NCBI GenBank assembly: GCA_043754515.1
Contig: JAYUUO010000271.1
Span: 1 to 23,898 of the forward strand
DNA from: Armatimonadota bacterium
GTDB lineage: Bacteria > Armatimonadota > Armatimonadia > Armatimonadales > Armatimonadaceae
Direction: 5' to 3'
DNA: 23,898 bases
How positions within the stretch are numbered: position 1 is the first letter of the stretch; each line of letters starts with the position of its first letter. A program made the position numbers and the translations under genes. The notes below the pieces were generated by a model. That model ran no database searches. It was not told the DNA's origin and saw nothing but the letters and a program-made list of their open reading frames with translations. Positions 9,087 to 17,989 of the stretch are shown one piece after another.

Positions 9087-9207
9087 CTCTACTTTCCTTC
9101 CGGGATAAACCCGTGTTTGGGTGCCACCTGATGGCGACATGGGAAGAATAGAAGGCAAGGCATTTTTTGTTAAGGGTAATCGGACGACCACGGCGGCGGG
9201 AGCGTGG

Positions 9208-10035
9208 CTAGCGTTGCCGACGCTTCTCCCGCGCCCAGAACTTCTCGCAGTGTGGCAAAAAGTCGCAGTAGGGGCAGTGATCGTTGAGGACAGGTAACAC
9301 GCCCTCCCAGTCCTTGTTACGGATCGTCTCGCCGGTTTCGGTCGCCTCCGCCAGAAACGCCTCCCGCTCGTCCTCGCCCATCTCGTGCGACGCCGACGTG
9401 CCGGAGCGCAGGGCGACGATGGTGGCGTAAACGCGCCGGTCGGGATGCTTCGACTTCAAAATAGCCTGGTACGTGTTCATGGCGAGAGATTCAGACACGT
9501 CTTCAGGCGTCACCTCGAACCGCCCCGATTTATAATCAACGATCTCCAACGCGCCGCCGAGTGCCGGGTGTTCGTCCACGCGATCAACGCGGCCCGTCAG
9601 CGCGACGTCGGGCGTCAGGTCAATGCGGAGCGATTTTTCGGCGAGGAACAGGCGCGGCGGCTCGGGCGGCGGTGTCCCGCTCGCTTCCGCCTCCACCCGC
9701 GCCGTCTCGGACCGCGCTACCTCGGCAGCGTGGTAGTCGGTCAGGATGCGGGTCGCCTCTTCCTTGAACGCGGTCTCCTCGGTCTCGCCCGCGTAGCCTT
9801 TCGCGATCCACGAGTCGTCCAGGGTCGCGCCGAGCGACTCGGCGTCCACGCTCGCCGCGCCGCCCGCCGTGTGGAACGTCTCCAGGACGCGGTGCAGGGA
9901 GTGCCCGAACGCGAACCCGGCCCGCGCCCGGTGGTAGAACCGCCCGATTTTGTCTATATACTCCAGCCGGTATTCGGCGGGGCAGCGGTACCAGATCCGG
10001 AGTTTCGTCGGGCTGATCACAAACTTTCGTGCCAT
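9208..10035 (-). CDS. PD-(D/E)XK nuclease, RecB/AddB/Cas4-like, with putative 4Fe-4S cysteines
   Basis: Motifs ISPTKL..RCP, FGHSLHRVLE, EKSL, LTGRVDRVD, IVDYKSG and a C-terminal C-PYC-DFLPH-C. Start placed at ATG 10035; the ORF-track extension to 10200 overlaps the VWA gene. Confidence 0.88.
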   Translation of the reverse strand: MARKFVISPTKLRIWYRCPAEYRLEYIDKIGRFYHRARAGFAFGHSLHRVLETFHTAGGAASVDAESLGATLDDSWIAKGYAGETEETAFKEEATRILTDYHAAEVARSETARVEAEASGTPPPEPPRLFLAEKSLRIDLTPDVALTGRVDRVDEHPALGGALEIVDYKSGRFEVTPEDVSESLAMNTYQAILKSKHPDRRVYATIVALRSGTSASHEMGEDEREAFLAEATETGETIRNKDWEGVLPVLNDHCPYCDFLPHCEKFWAREKRRQR

Positions 10036-10042
10036 AGAAGAC

Positions 10043-10051
10043 ATGATACCA
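10043..10051 (-). promoter_or_regulatory. Extended -10 (TGGTATCAT) positioned for a leaderless nuclease transcript
   Basis: TG-G-TATCAT followed by 7 nt and the ATG at 10035; no Shine-Dalgarno sequence. Confidence 0.5.
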
Positions 10052-10124
10052 AGTCCGGGCGGTGAGGTCTCGCGGCGGGCTAGCGGGGTGAGGTACCGGG
10101 CACGCCCGGCAAGGCAACGCGGCC

Positions 10125-11981
10125 TCACCGACGCCGATAGAACAGCCACCATTCGGCGCAGAGTAGCACCAGCAGCGGCACCGCGAAAATCAGGCCCCAC
10201 TCGCGCGGCACCTGGCGCGGCTTCGCGGGATCGTCCACTCGGCTCCCGGCTCCGATGATCGTGATCGGGGGCGACGGCTCGGGCGTGATACGCGTCTCCG
10301 CCGGGGACAGGAGCGACACGGCGAAGCGGCTCCGCGCGCCGTCCGCGCCCGTGACGGTGTAGATTCCCGGCCGGTCAGCGATTGACGTCAGGCCGGACGC
10401 GTCGCCCCCGCCCTTACCTGAGACGGACCCACCGGGAGCCGTCACGCGGGAGCCGGGCAGGAGCGATTCGGGGTCGCCGGGATGCAGGACGCGGCCCTCC
10501 TCGGCGTGCCCGGCGAGGTACGTCACGGCGTTCGCGACGAACACCGGGAACGCGACCCGTAGCGGCAGATCGCTTTTCGTCGGGCGGAAGGCGACATAAA
10601 CGGCGCGGGTCTCGCCGCGCTCGCCCGCCACCATCAGCGGCGCGGCCTTACTCTCGACCACGACCGACGCCCACGGCGCGGTAGTTACGCCCCGCGCGTC
10701 GCGGACGCGCACTCCGGACAGATCCGTAAACCGGAGCAGGGGTGAGGCGCGATCCCAGTCGAGCACGGGCGGCGATTCGAGATCGGTGCCCCGCGCGAGT
10801 ACGGGCGAAACGGTGCCGACCGGCACCGCGCCGAAGAACAGGTACCGCCCCGGCGGCAGATCGGCGGGCGGCACGACGTCGCTATCCCAGACGGTCAGGT
10901 CGTGCCCGGCTACGTCCTTCGCCGCGAACGCATCCGGGGCGATGTGTTCCACCCGGACGCGGGCGGCGAGCGTCAGGGCACGCTCTAAAAACGGGTCGTC
11001 GCTCCCGGATACCAGTAGCACCCGGATCTGTTCGCGGCTCGGGAGTGCCGCGAACGCTTCGTTGTCCGCCGCCAGATCGTCGGGCGACTCGATCCGCGCC
11101 GTCAGAAAGTCCGCGCCAGTCGGGATGTCGGCGGACGCGAGCGGGACCACGAGCGATTGACTCTCGCTGGCGGGGATCGTGACCTCCCGCGCCTCGACCA
11201 CGGCGTCGCCGAGCAGGAACGTCAGCGGCACGGTACGCGGCTTCGCGTCGGCGTTCTCCAGCGTCACGAACGCCTGCAATTCGCCCGCGCTACCCTGCTC
11301 GCGCACGGCGAACGCGGTGATCCCGACGTTCGCGCCGCCCCGCCCGACCGAGACGACGGACAGGCGCGCCCCGCCGAGAGACAGTTCATCGGGGCGGGCG
11401 AACACGCCGTCGGTGATCAGCGTCACGCGGGCATCCGGGCGCGACCCGGCGAGTGACCCGGCGAGTACCAACGCTTCGCGGGGGCCGTTAACACCCTCGC
11501 CCGGTACGACCCTATCGAGCGCGGCCAGGAGCCGCCCTTTATCGTCCGTAAGCGGCGCGAGGACGACCGGGCGCGTCCCCGCGAGTACGACGGCGAGGGT
11601 GTCGGACGCGCCGTGCGCGGCGATGATCTCGCGCGCCTTGCCGACCGCCGCCTGGAGCCGTCCGCCGGGAACGTCGGTGGCATTCATTGAGGCGGAAGCG
11701 TCTATCACGAGCACGTTCGTTTTACCGCCCGGCGCGGCACCGCTAACAAACGGGCGGGCGAGCACGAGACACAGTAGCAGTGCCGCGAGGAGTTGCAGGA
11801 GCAGGAGCGGGTCAACGCGGAGCCGCTGGAACGGCGCGGCGGACGCGGCGGGCGACAGCACCTGCTCCCACAGCAACAGGGACGGGACGAGGACGTCGCG
11901 CCGCTTCTGCTTCAGCAGGTAGAGCAGGGTGATGACGCCGCCGATGGGCAAGAACCAGAGAAGCGCGAGGGGAGACAGCAT
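10125..11981 (-). CDS. BatA N-terminal / VWA domain membrane protein
   Basis: N-terminal LSPLALLW..LYLLK..VPSLLLW..LARP (BatA-like), MIDAS motif VIDASASM, LITDG, DDLAADN, SDLPLRVAFP and a C-terminal TM ending LCAEWWLFYRRR. Confidence 0.9.
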   Translation of the reverse strand: MLSPLALLWFLPIGGVITLLYLLKQKRRDVLVPSLLLWEQVLSPAASAAPFQRLRVDPLLLLQLLAALLLCLVLARPFVSGAAPGGKTNVLVIDASASMNATDVPGGRLQAAVGKAREIIAAHGASDTLAVVLAGTRPVVLAPLTDDKGRLLAALDRVVPGEGVNGPREALVLAGSLAGSRPDARVTLITDGVFARPDELSLGGARLSVVSVGRGGANVGITAFAVREQGSAGELQAFVTLENADAKPRTVPLTFLLGDAVVEAREVTIPASESQSLVVPLASADIPTGADFLTARIESPDDLAADNEAFAALPSREQIRVLLVSGSDDPFLERALTLAARVRVEHIAPDAFAAKDVAGHDLTVWDSDVVPPADLPPGRYLFFGAVPVGTVSPVLARGTDLESPPVLDWDRASPLLRFTDLSGVRVRDARGVTTAPWASVVVESKAAPLMVAGERGETRAVYVAFRPTKSDLPLRVAFPVFVANAVTYLAGHAEEGRVLHPGDPESLLPGSRVTAPGGSVSGKGGGDASGLTSIADRPGIYTVTGADGARSRFAVSLLSPAETRITPEPSPPITIIGAGSRVDDPAKPRQVPREWGLIFAVPLLVLLCAEWWLFYRRR

Positions 11982-11997
11982 GATGTAAGTGGCACTG

Positions 11998-12010
11998 CCA
12001 TTGTACCGCG
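11998..12010 (-). promoter_or_regulatory. -10 element CGCGGTACAATGG upstream of the VWA gene
   Basis: Contains TACAAT; an identical 13-mer lies upstream of purL at 15513-15525. Confidence 0.5.
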
Positions 12011-12147
12011 CCCTCTCTCACCCGCGTCACCCCACCACTCGCCCCCCACCGTCCGTACCTGCTCGTTAAACAAGCAGCCAAACTAGGATGCAATCGTCCT
12101 ACCGTTGCCCCCAACGCGAAACAACCGGGGGCAGGATGGGCGACGCT

Positions 12148-12816
12148 TTATATAGGATCGGGAGTCGTTGGGGGGACATGCGACGGGGAGGCGCGCATCA
12201 ACCGGTACCAGTCCCGCGCGCCGATCACCGCGAGTACCGTGAACACCGCGTACAACCCCGTCGTCACTGGCATCTTGAGCTGCGGGAAGATGTAGAACGT
12301 GTAGATAAGGTCGGCGACGATCCAGAGTATCCAGTTCTCGAACTTTTTGTACGTCTGCAAATACTGCGCCGAAATACTAAGCCCGGTCGTGAGACAGTCC
12401 ATCCACGACAAAACCTGCGGCGGGAGATGGAACGCGGCGACGACGGGCGGCAGCCCGAAGTAGAGCGCGACCGTGAGCGCGAGCGTGGCGGCGATCCAGA
12501 ACAAGCGGGCGCGGGTCGAGAGCGCGGTCACCGGGAGCGCGTCGTTCTTCTGGGGGTTGCCCTTCAACCAAACATACCAGCCGAGGAACTGCATCGGGAC
12601 GAAGTAGAAGAATTGCAAGCCCGCGTTCGCGTAGATGTGCGACACCGCGAAGAAGATGTAGCCGTACAGCACGCACCCGATCAGCCCCCAGAACCAGTTC
12701 CAGATGTTGTTCTTGACCGTGAGGTAAACGCACAGCAGGGACGTCGCGGCGGCGACCAGCTCGATAGGCTTAAGTTCGGCACCGATAACGTGCCAGAGGC
12801 CGCGCAAGGTTTCCAT
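12148..12816 (-). CDS. pnuC: PnuC-family (nicotinamide riboside / B-vitamin) transporter
   Basis: Multi-TM protein with IE..AA.TSLLCVYL..KNNIWNWFWG, LQFFY..GWYVW, D..TT..S..AQYL and ENWILWIVAD (WxxWxxxD). Start at ATG 12816 or GTG 12858. Confidence 0.9.
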   Translation of the reverse strand: METLRGLWHVIGAELKPIELVAAATSLLCVYLTVKNNIWNWFWGLIGCVLYGYIFFAVSHIYANAGLQFFYFVPMQFLGWYVWLKGNPQKNDALPVTALSTRARLFWIAATLALTVALYFGLPPVVAAFHLPPQVLSWMDCLTTGLSISAQYLQTYKKFENWILWIVADLIYTFYIFPQLKMPVTTGLYAVFTVLAVIGARDWYRLMRASPSHVPPTTPDPI

Positions 12817-12873
12817 AATTTGAAGGCGGGTGGCACCCGATTTTCGCGGTACACTCACCGCGGATGATGACGA

Positions 12874-14412
12874 GTGAAACGGCTAACGGTTAACAGATCG
12901 GAGGCAACGTCCCCCCGGCCCCGAACGCCTGGCGCAGGTAGCCACGGGGCGACTACGGCGCGTCTGCTCCTGCTCCTACTGCCGCTCGTGCTGGGTCTCG
13001 CGTGGGCGTTCGCCACCCCGCCGCCGGTGGGCGAAGCCGGCGGCTCGTCGGGCTGGTCGAACTTCCACGCCGACGAAGGCTCGCACCTCGCCGTGACCCG
13101 CTTCATGGCAGAGAACCCGTTCACGCTACCGCCCTACCGCCCGCCGTTCGATACGTCAATTCACCTGCCGTTATATCACGGACTCGCCGCCCTCGTCTTC
13201 CGCGCCGCGTATCCAGTTCTAGGGGCCGCGGGCGGCGCACGTGCGGCCCGCGTACTGAGCGTCTTGATGGGTGTCGGCACCGTCTGGTTCGCGTACCGCG
13301 CCGCGCTCCAGTCGCGCCTGTCGCGCGGCGCGGCGGTCTGCGCGGGCTTGCTAGTCGCGCTCGTGCCGATGCGCGCTTCAGTGTCCGGCGCGGTCACGAA
13401 CGAGAATCTGGCCGCGCTCGGCGCGGCCGCGACACTCGCCCTGCTTTACGAATGCCTCCGGCGCGGCTTCTCCGGACGCCGGTTCGCGTGGCTCGTCTTC
13501 TGGTGCGTGGTCGCCGTCGGTAGCAAGATCACCTGCGCGGGCCTCATCCTGGCTATCGGGGCGGGGATGTTGCTCCCGACACCACCCCCCGCCTCCCGAG
13601 ACGCGGTCGCCGCGCGGTTCCCGCGTTTCGCCGCTTTGCTCGCCGCCGTCGTCACGGCGTGGGGCTGGTGGTTCGCTTACAACGTCCGGCATTTCGGCGA
13701 CCCGCTCCGCGCCCGCGCCGCCGACCGACTCTGGGACGGGGTGCAACCGGGCTACGCCGTGATCGGACCGCGCTACCACATGGCACCCTGGCGGTACCTG
13801 ATCTCGATACTGGACCGGGGCTGGCTGTCGTTCTGGGGGATATTCGACGCGATGGCGCATCCGCTCCCTAGCGCGGTGTATGTCGCGCTGTTCGCGGCAC
13901 AACTCGCGGCGTTGATCGGCGTGATCGCGCGTCTGCGCCGACTGCTCCCGCGCTACCCCGCCGAACGCGCGATCTGGGCGACGACCGGAGTATTCGTGGC
14001 GTGGGTGTTGCTCGTGTACTGCCAATATAACTTTAAACACTACACGCCGCAGGGCCGATACTTCTTTGTGCTACTCGCGCCGTTCGGCGTGCTGATGGCG
14101 GGCGGGATGGACGCGTTTCTACGCCGCTACCTGCCGAACCCGGTTGGACGGAACGCGGCCTGGGCGTTGCTCGGCGCGTCGCTCTTCGGCGTGAACCTAT
14201 ACGCGCTGTGGGTCATGCCCCGGTTCCGCTCCGCCGCCGCGCCCGCGCCCGCCGCGCACACCGCGCCTGCAACCGTACCGCGAACCGCCAGTACGAACAC
14301 GAACGCTGCCCGGACAACCACCGCCCAGGTGGACGCGGCGACACCAGCACCCGCCCGTGCGGTTGCCACGATACGAACACGAACAAAGGTCGCCTTATGG
14401 AATGCACATTGA
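12874..14412 (+). CDS. Polytopic membrane protein, GT-C/ArnT-like (GT39/DUF2142-like) glycosyltransferase
   Basis: DEGSH after TM1, then HLPLYH, ARVLS, VTNENL, SFWG and PQGRYFF among many TM segments. Ala/Thr/Pro-rich tail. Start uncertain. Confidence 0.75.
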   Translation: MKRLTVNRSEATSPRPRTPGAGSHGATTARLLLLLLPLVLGLAWAFATPPPVGEAGGSSGWSNFHADEGSHLAVTRFMAENPFTLPPYRPPFDTSIHLPLYHGLAALVFRAAYPVLGAAGGARAARVLSVLMGVGTVWFAYRAALQSRLSRGAAVCAGLLVALVPMRASVSGAVTNENLAALGAAATLALLYECLRRGFSGRRFAWLVFWCVVAVGSKITCAGLILAIGAGMLLPTPPPASRDAVAARFPRFAALLAAVVTAWGWWFAYNVRHFGDPLRARAADRLWDGVQPGYAVIGPRYHMAPWRYLISILDRGWLSFWGIFDAMAHPLPSAVYVALFAAQLAALIGVIARLRRLLPRYPAERAIWATTGVFVAWVLLVYCQYNFKHYTPQGRYFFVLLAPFGVLMAGGMDAFLRRYLPNPVGRNAAWALLGASLFGVNLYALWVMPRFRSAAAPAPAAHTAPATVPRTASTNTNAARTTTAQVDAATPAPARAVATIRTRTKVALWNAH

Positions 14413-15125
14413 CCCTTCCCGCCCCGGAGCCGGACGACGAACGCTGGGTGGCCGCCGGGGAGCGGATGATCGCCGAACATCTGAAGGCGCGGGGTATCCG
14501 CGACCCGCGCGTGCTGGACGCCCTGCGCCGCGTCCCGCGCCACCGCTTTATTCCGCCCGCAACTGACGCCTACAGCCGCGCGTACGCCGACTCCGCGCTC
14601 CCGATCGGCGAGGGGCAGACCATTTCGCAACCGTATGTCGTCGCACTGATGAGCGAGGCACTCGCGCTAACCGGTGCCGAGACTGTGCTGGAAATCGGGG
14701 CCGGTTCGGGTTACCAGACCGCCGTGCTGTCGCTCCTCGCGCGGGAGATCGTCGCCGTCGAACGCATACCCACGCTAGCGGCGCGGGCGGGCGCGGCTCT
14801 CGGCGCGTTCGGCGTGACGAACGTCCGCCTACTCGTCGCGGACGGCTCGCGCGGCTGGCAACAGGAAGCACCCTACGACGCGATCCTGGTCGCCGCCGCC
14901 GCGCCGACGGTGCCCCCCGAACTCCCGCGCCAGCTCAAACCGGGCGGCAGACTCGTGCTACCGGTCGGGCGTGACGGCGAGCCCCAACGTCTGCTCGTAC
15001 TCACGAAGGCGAGCGACGGGGGCGACGCGGTGACGACGCGCGATCTCGGCGCGGTCGCGTTCGTGCCGCTGGTGGGAGCAGGCGGATTCGGGCTGCCCGA
15101 CGATTTAGGGGCGATGGACTACTAG
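14397..15125 (+). CDS. pcm: Protein-L-isoaspartate(D-aspartate) O-methyltransferase
   Basis: Motifs RGIRDPRVLDA..VPRHRF, AYADSALPIGEGQTISQPY, VLEIGAGSGYQTA, APYDAILVAAA, QLKPGGRLVLPVG, FVPL. Start at ATG 14397 or TTG 14409 (TTGA overlap with the upstream stop). Confidence 0.95.
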   Translation: MECTLTLPAPEPDDERWVAAGERMIAEHLKARGIRDPRVLDALRRVPRHRFIPPATDAYSRAYADSALPIGEGQTISQPYVVALMSEALALTGAETVLEIGAGSGYQTAVLSLLAREIVAVERIPTLAARAGAALGAFGVTNVRLLVADGSRGWQQEAPYDAILVAAAAPTVPPELPRQLKPGGRLVLPVGRDGEPQRLLVLTKASDGGDAVTTRDLGAVAFVPLVGAGGFGLPDDLGAMDY

Positions 15126-15136
15126 ATAGGCGTTAT

Positions 15137-15197
15137 GCGGTTCGTCAAGGAACGCGGGTTGAAACCCGGCACCGGGAACGCGGGTTGAAACCCACGT
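15137..15197. repeat. Two tandem REP-like units GGAACGCGGGTTGAAACCC
   Basis: Exact 19-mer at 15149-15167 and 15175-15193. Its reverse complement (1 mismatch) lies within the 17917-17976 palindrome. Confidence 0.8.
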
Positions 15198-15512
15198 CAT
15201 CGGCAAAACGCGTACAGTCAAAACTTGTTTTGACGATTACCTGCTCGGCGAAACGAGTCTCGCCTGTATAGGCGCTGCGTGCCGGACGCTGGGTATCCAC
15301 TTGCGGGTGGAACGGACGAACACGGCGGCGGAACCCATCAACCGCGTAACCCCTAACTAGAGTCGGGCTTCCGGTGAGGAGAAGAGTGCTTGCATCGGGT
15401 GGCGGGTGGCCCTTCTTTAGGGTGGCGTGTTTGTGGTCGTTACATCTCCCCCCCTGCCGCCCGCGGTAGTCGTGCCCCCTCTCCCACCCAACAAATCTGC
15501 CGCCCCAGCGCA

Positions 15513-15525
15513 CGCGGTACAATGG
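15513..15525 (+). promoter_or_regulatory. -10 element CGCGGTACAATGG upstream of purL
   Basis: TACAAT at 15518-15523, about 90 nt before the start; same 13-mer as at 11998-12010. Confidence 0.5.
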
Positions 15526-15612
15526 GAATGAGAACCGGCGAGCCAACCCGGTTCACCACACAACTCACATAACTCGCTAAACCTACCAAACTCGCGAACA
15601 GGATCCAACCCC

Positions 15613-17907
15613 GTGGCTAGCGCAACCGACCGCACCGAACCGACCGTCACCCCCGAAGTCTACCGCTCGATGGGCTTGAACGACTCCGAATATGCCGGGA
15701 TCGTCCGCGCCCTCGGGCGCGTCCCGACCTACACCGAGATCGGCATGTACAGCGTGATGTGGTCGGAGCATTGCGGCTACAAGTATTCGCGCCCCGTGCT
15801 CAAAGCGTTCGCGCAATACAAAGAGGCGCAGGAGAGCGGCGAACTCGAAAACGCGGGCGTCGTGCCGCTCGACGGCACCGACTTCGGCATCGTGTTCAAG
15901 ATGGAGTCGCACAACCACCCGTCCGCCGTGGAGCCGTACCAGGGCGCGGCGACCGGCGTGGGCGGGATATTGCGCGACATCTTCACGATGGGCGCGCGTC
16001 CGGTCGCAAACCTCGACTCGCTCCGGTTCGGCCCGATCACGGGGGATGATCCGGTCGCGGTGCGCAACCGGTACCTGTTTGAGCACGTCGTAAAGGGCGT
16101 CGGTGACTACGGAAATTGCGTTGGCGTACCGACCGTCGGCGGCGAGATCTACTTCCACCCCTGCTACAACGGCAACCCGCTCGTGAACGCTATGTCGGTC
16201 GGCATTGTGCGCCGCGACAAGATCGCGTCCGCGAAAGCGTCCGGCGTCGGCAACCCGGTGCTGTATGTCGGCTCCGCGACCGGGCGCGACGGGATTCACG
16301 GCGCGACGTTCGCCAGCGTCGAACTGACCGAGGAGAGCGAGGCGAAACGCCCGAACGTGCAGGTCGGCGACCCGTTCACCGAGAAGTTGCTGATCGAGGC
16401 GACGCTTGAGGCACTCGCGACCGGCGGCATTGTTGGCATCCAAGACATGGGCGCGGCGGGCCTGACGTGCGGCACCTCCGAAATGGCGGCGAAGGGCGCG
16501 CTCGGGATGGATATTGACGTCCAAGCCGTTCCGCGCCGCGAGTCCGGCATGACCGCGTACGAGACGATGCTCTCCGAATCGCAGGAACGGATGCTCGCCG
16601 TTGTCGAAAAGGGGCGCGAGGCGGAAGTCGCCGCGGTGTTCCATAAATGGGGTCTAAACGCGGCGTATATCGGCCATGTCACCGACACCGGGCGCGTGGT
16701 CGTGCGCGATAACGGCGTGGTCAAAGCCGACATTCCCGCCAAATCGCTCGCCGACGACTGCCCGACCTACTACCTCGACGCCGCCGAGCCGGATTACATA
16801 GCCCGCGTTCAGTCCGCCGACCTAACAACCCTGCCCGAGCCGGACGATTACAACGCGGTGTTACTGCGCCTCCTCAGCTCGCCGACTATCGCGTCCAAAC
16901 GCTGGGTATGGGAGCAGTATGACACGATGGTGCAGACGCAGACCGAAGTGTTGCCAGGCCGCGCGGACTCCGCCGTGCTGTCGTTGCGCGAGGCGAACGG
17001 GGTGCGGATCGCGCTCACGACCGACTGCAACCCGCGCTTCTGTTACCTCGACCCGTTTACCGGGGCGCAACTCGCCGTCGCTGAAGCCGCCCGCAACCTA
17101 TCGTGCGTCGGCGCGACCCCGAAGGCGGTGACCGACTGCCTCAACTTCCCGTCGCCCGAGAAGCCGTCCGGGTTTTGGCAGTTCACGCAGGCGGTACGCG
17201 GCATGGCGGCCGCCTGCGAGGCGTTCGGGACACCGGTGGTATCGGGCAACGTCTCGTTTTATAACGAGACCCCAGACGGCGCGATATACCCGACCCCGAC
17301 AGTCGGCATGGTCGGCGTGTTCGCGGCGGGCGTAACGCCGTGTACGATGGACTTCAAGAACGATGGTGACCTGCTTTACCTGCTCCGTCCGACCGGTTCG
17401 AGCGGCGTCACGGGCTATGCGGGGAGCGAGTATCTGTCGCTGATCCATGGGCAGGACGCGGGCAAGCCGAGTCTTGACCTGGGCGGCGAACTGCGTGTTC
17501 AGGCCGTCACCCGCGCCGCGATCGCGGCGAACCTGCTCCATTCGGCGCACGACTGTTCGGACGGCGGCACGCTTGTCGCTATCGCGGAGTCGTGCCTCGC
17601 CGGGAACCGGGGCGCGGAGGTGCGCTTCGCGGTCGCCGAGTTTACCGACCCAGAGACCAGCGTGGACCAACCCTGGAGCGCGATCCTGTTCGGGGAGGCC
17701 GCGTCGCGCGTGATCGTCTCGGTGACGGACGGGGCGAACCAGAACGCCCTGCTCGATCTCGCGGAGCAGCACGGCATTGAGGCATTGTTCCTCGGGCAGG
17801 TGAAGAAAACGGACCGGCTGGACGTCGCGGGGCTGGTGGACGTCACACTCGCGTCGCTACACGACGCGTATGAGGGCGCGATCCCGCGCGCGATGGGCGA
17901 AAGGTAG
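15613..17907 (+). CDS. purL: Phosphoribosylformylglycinamidine synthase subunit PurL (small-type; needs PurQ/PurS)
   Basis: 764 aa with MWSEHCGYK, FKMESHNHPS, GAATGVGGILRD, TGRDGIHGA, QDMGAAGL, SESQERM, SGNVSFYNE and AHDCSDGG. No fused glutaminase domain. Confidence 0.97.
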   Translation: MASATDRTEPTVTPEVYRSMGLNDSEYAGIVRALGRVPTYTEIGMYSVMWSEHCGYKYSRPVLKAFAQYKEAQESGELENAGVVPLDGTDFGIVFKMESHNHPSAVEPYQGAATGVGGILRDIFTMGARPVANLDSLRFGPITGDDPVAVRNRYLFEHVVKGVGDYGNCVGVPTVGGEIYFHPCYNGNPLVNAMSVGIVRRDKIASAKASGVGNPVLYVGSATGRDGIHGATFASVELTEESEAKRPNVQVGDPFTEKLLIEATLEALATGGIVGIQDMGAAGLTCGTSEMAAKGALGMDIDVQAVPRRESGMTAYETMLSESQERMLAVVEKGREAEVAAVFHKWGLNAAYIGHVTDTGRVVVRDNGVVKADIPAKSLADDCPTYYLDAAEPDYIARVQSADLTTLPEPDDYNAVLLRLLSSPTIASKRWVWEQYDTMVQTQTEVLPGRADSAVLSLREANGVRIALTTDCNPRFCYLDPFTGAQLAVAEAARNLSCVGATPKAVTDCLNFPSPEKPSGFWQFTQAVRGMAAACEAFGTPVVSGNVSFYNETPDGAIYPTPTVGMVGVFAAGVTPCTMDFKNDGDLLYLLRPTGSSGVTGYAGSEYLSLIHGQDAGKPSLDLGGELRVQAVTRAAIAANLLHSAHDCSDGGTLVAIAESCLAGNRGAEVRFAVAEFTDPETSVDQPWSAILFGEAASRVIVSVTDGANQNALLDLAEQHGIEALFLGQVKKTDRLDVAGLVDVTLASLHDAYEGAIPRAMGER

Positions 17908-17916
17908 TTACGGAGC

Positions 17917-17976
17917 GCGGTTCGGCCATAGCGGGAACGCGGGTTTCAACTCGCGTTCCCGCTATGGCCGAACCGC
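17917..17976. repeat. Perfect 25-bp inverted repeat (REP-like) after purL
   Basis: GCGGTTCGGCCATAGCGGGAACGCG-N10-CGCGTTCCCGCTATGGCCGAACCGC; no U-tract on either side. Confidence 0.9.
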
Positions 17977-17989
17977 AGGAAGACACCTT

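Noticed and set aside
9087..9191. N-terminal extension of the ScyD/ScyE ORF
   Set aside because: The RBS and signal peptide fit the ATG at 9086; the upstream part is AT-rich promoter-like sequence.
9208..10035. cas4 of a CRISPR-Cas system
   Set aside because: No cas1, cas2 or array is present; a solo RecB-family nuclease is the simpler call.
10036..10200. N-terminal extension of the nuclease ORF
   Set aside because: It overlaps the VWA gene end, and family-like sequence begins at MARKFVISPT.
14208..14396. N-terminal extension of pcm
   Set aside because: It lies within the upstream CDS in another frame and has Arg-rich shadow composition.
15149..15193. CRISPR array (repeat contains GTTGAAAC)
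   Set aside because: Only two 19-bp units separated by 7 nt, with no spacer-length intervals and no cas operon.
15145..15546. 133-aa minus-strand ORF
   Set aside because: It translates through REP palindromes and the purL promoter and has no recognisable motifs.
15528..15572. Leader peptide MRTGEPTRFTTQLT before purL
   Set aside because: The ATG is only 4 nt from the -10 hexamer, probably upstream of the TSS, and there is no RBS.
15200..15612. Purine, ZTP or PRPP riboswitch upstream of purL
   Set aside because: Only small hairpins are present (e.g. GAACCGG..CCGGTTC) and no consensus is recognisable. An Rfam scan would be decisive.
15583..17846. Long antisense ORFs over purL (similar shadows lie over the PHP, ScyD/E, VWA and pnuC genes)
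   Set aside because: These are typical high-GC shadow ORFs opposite well-supported genes.
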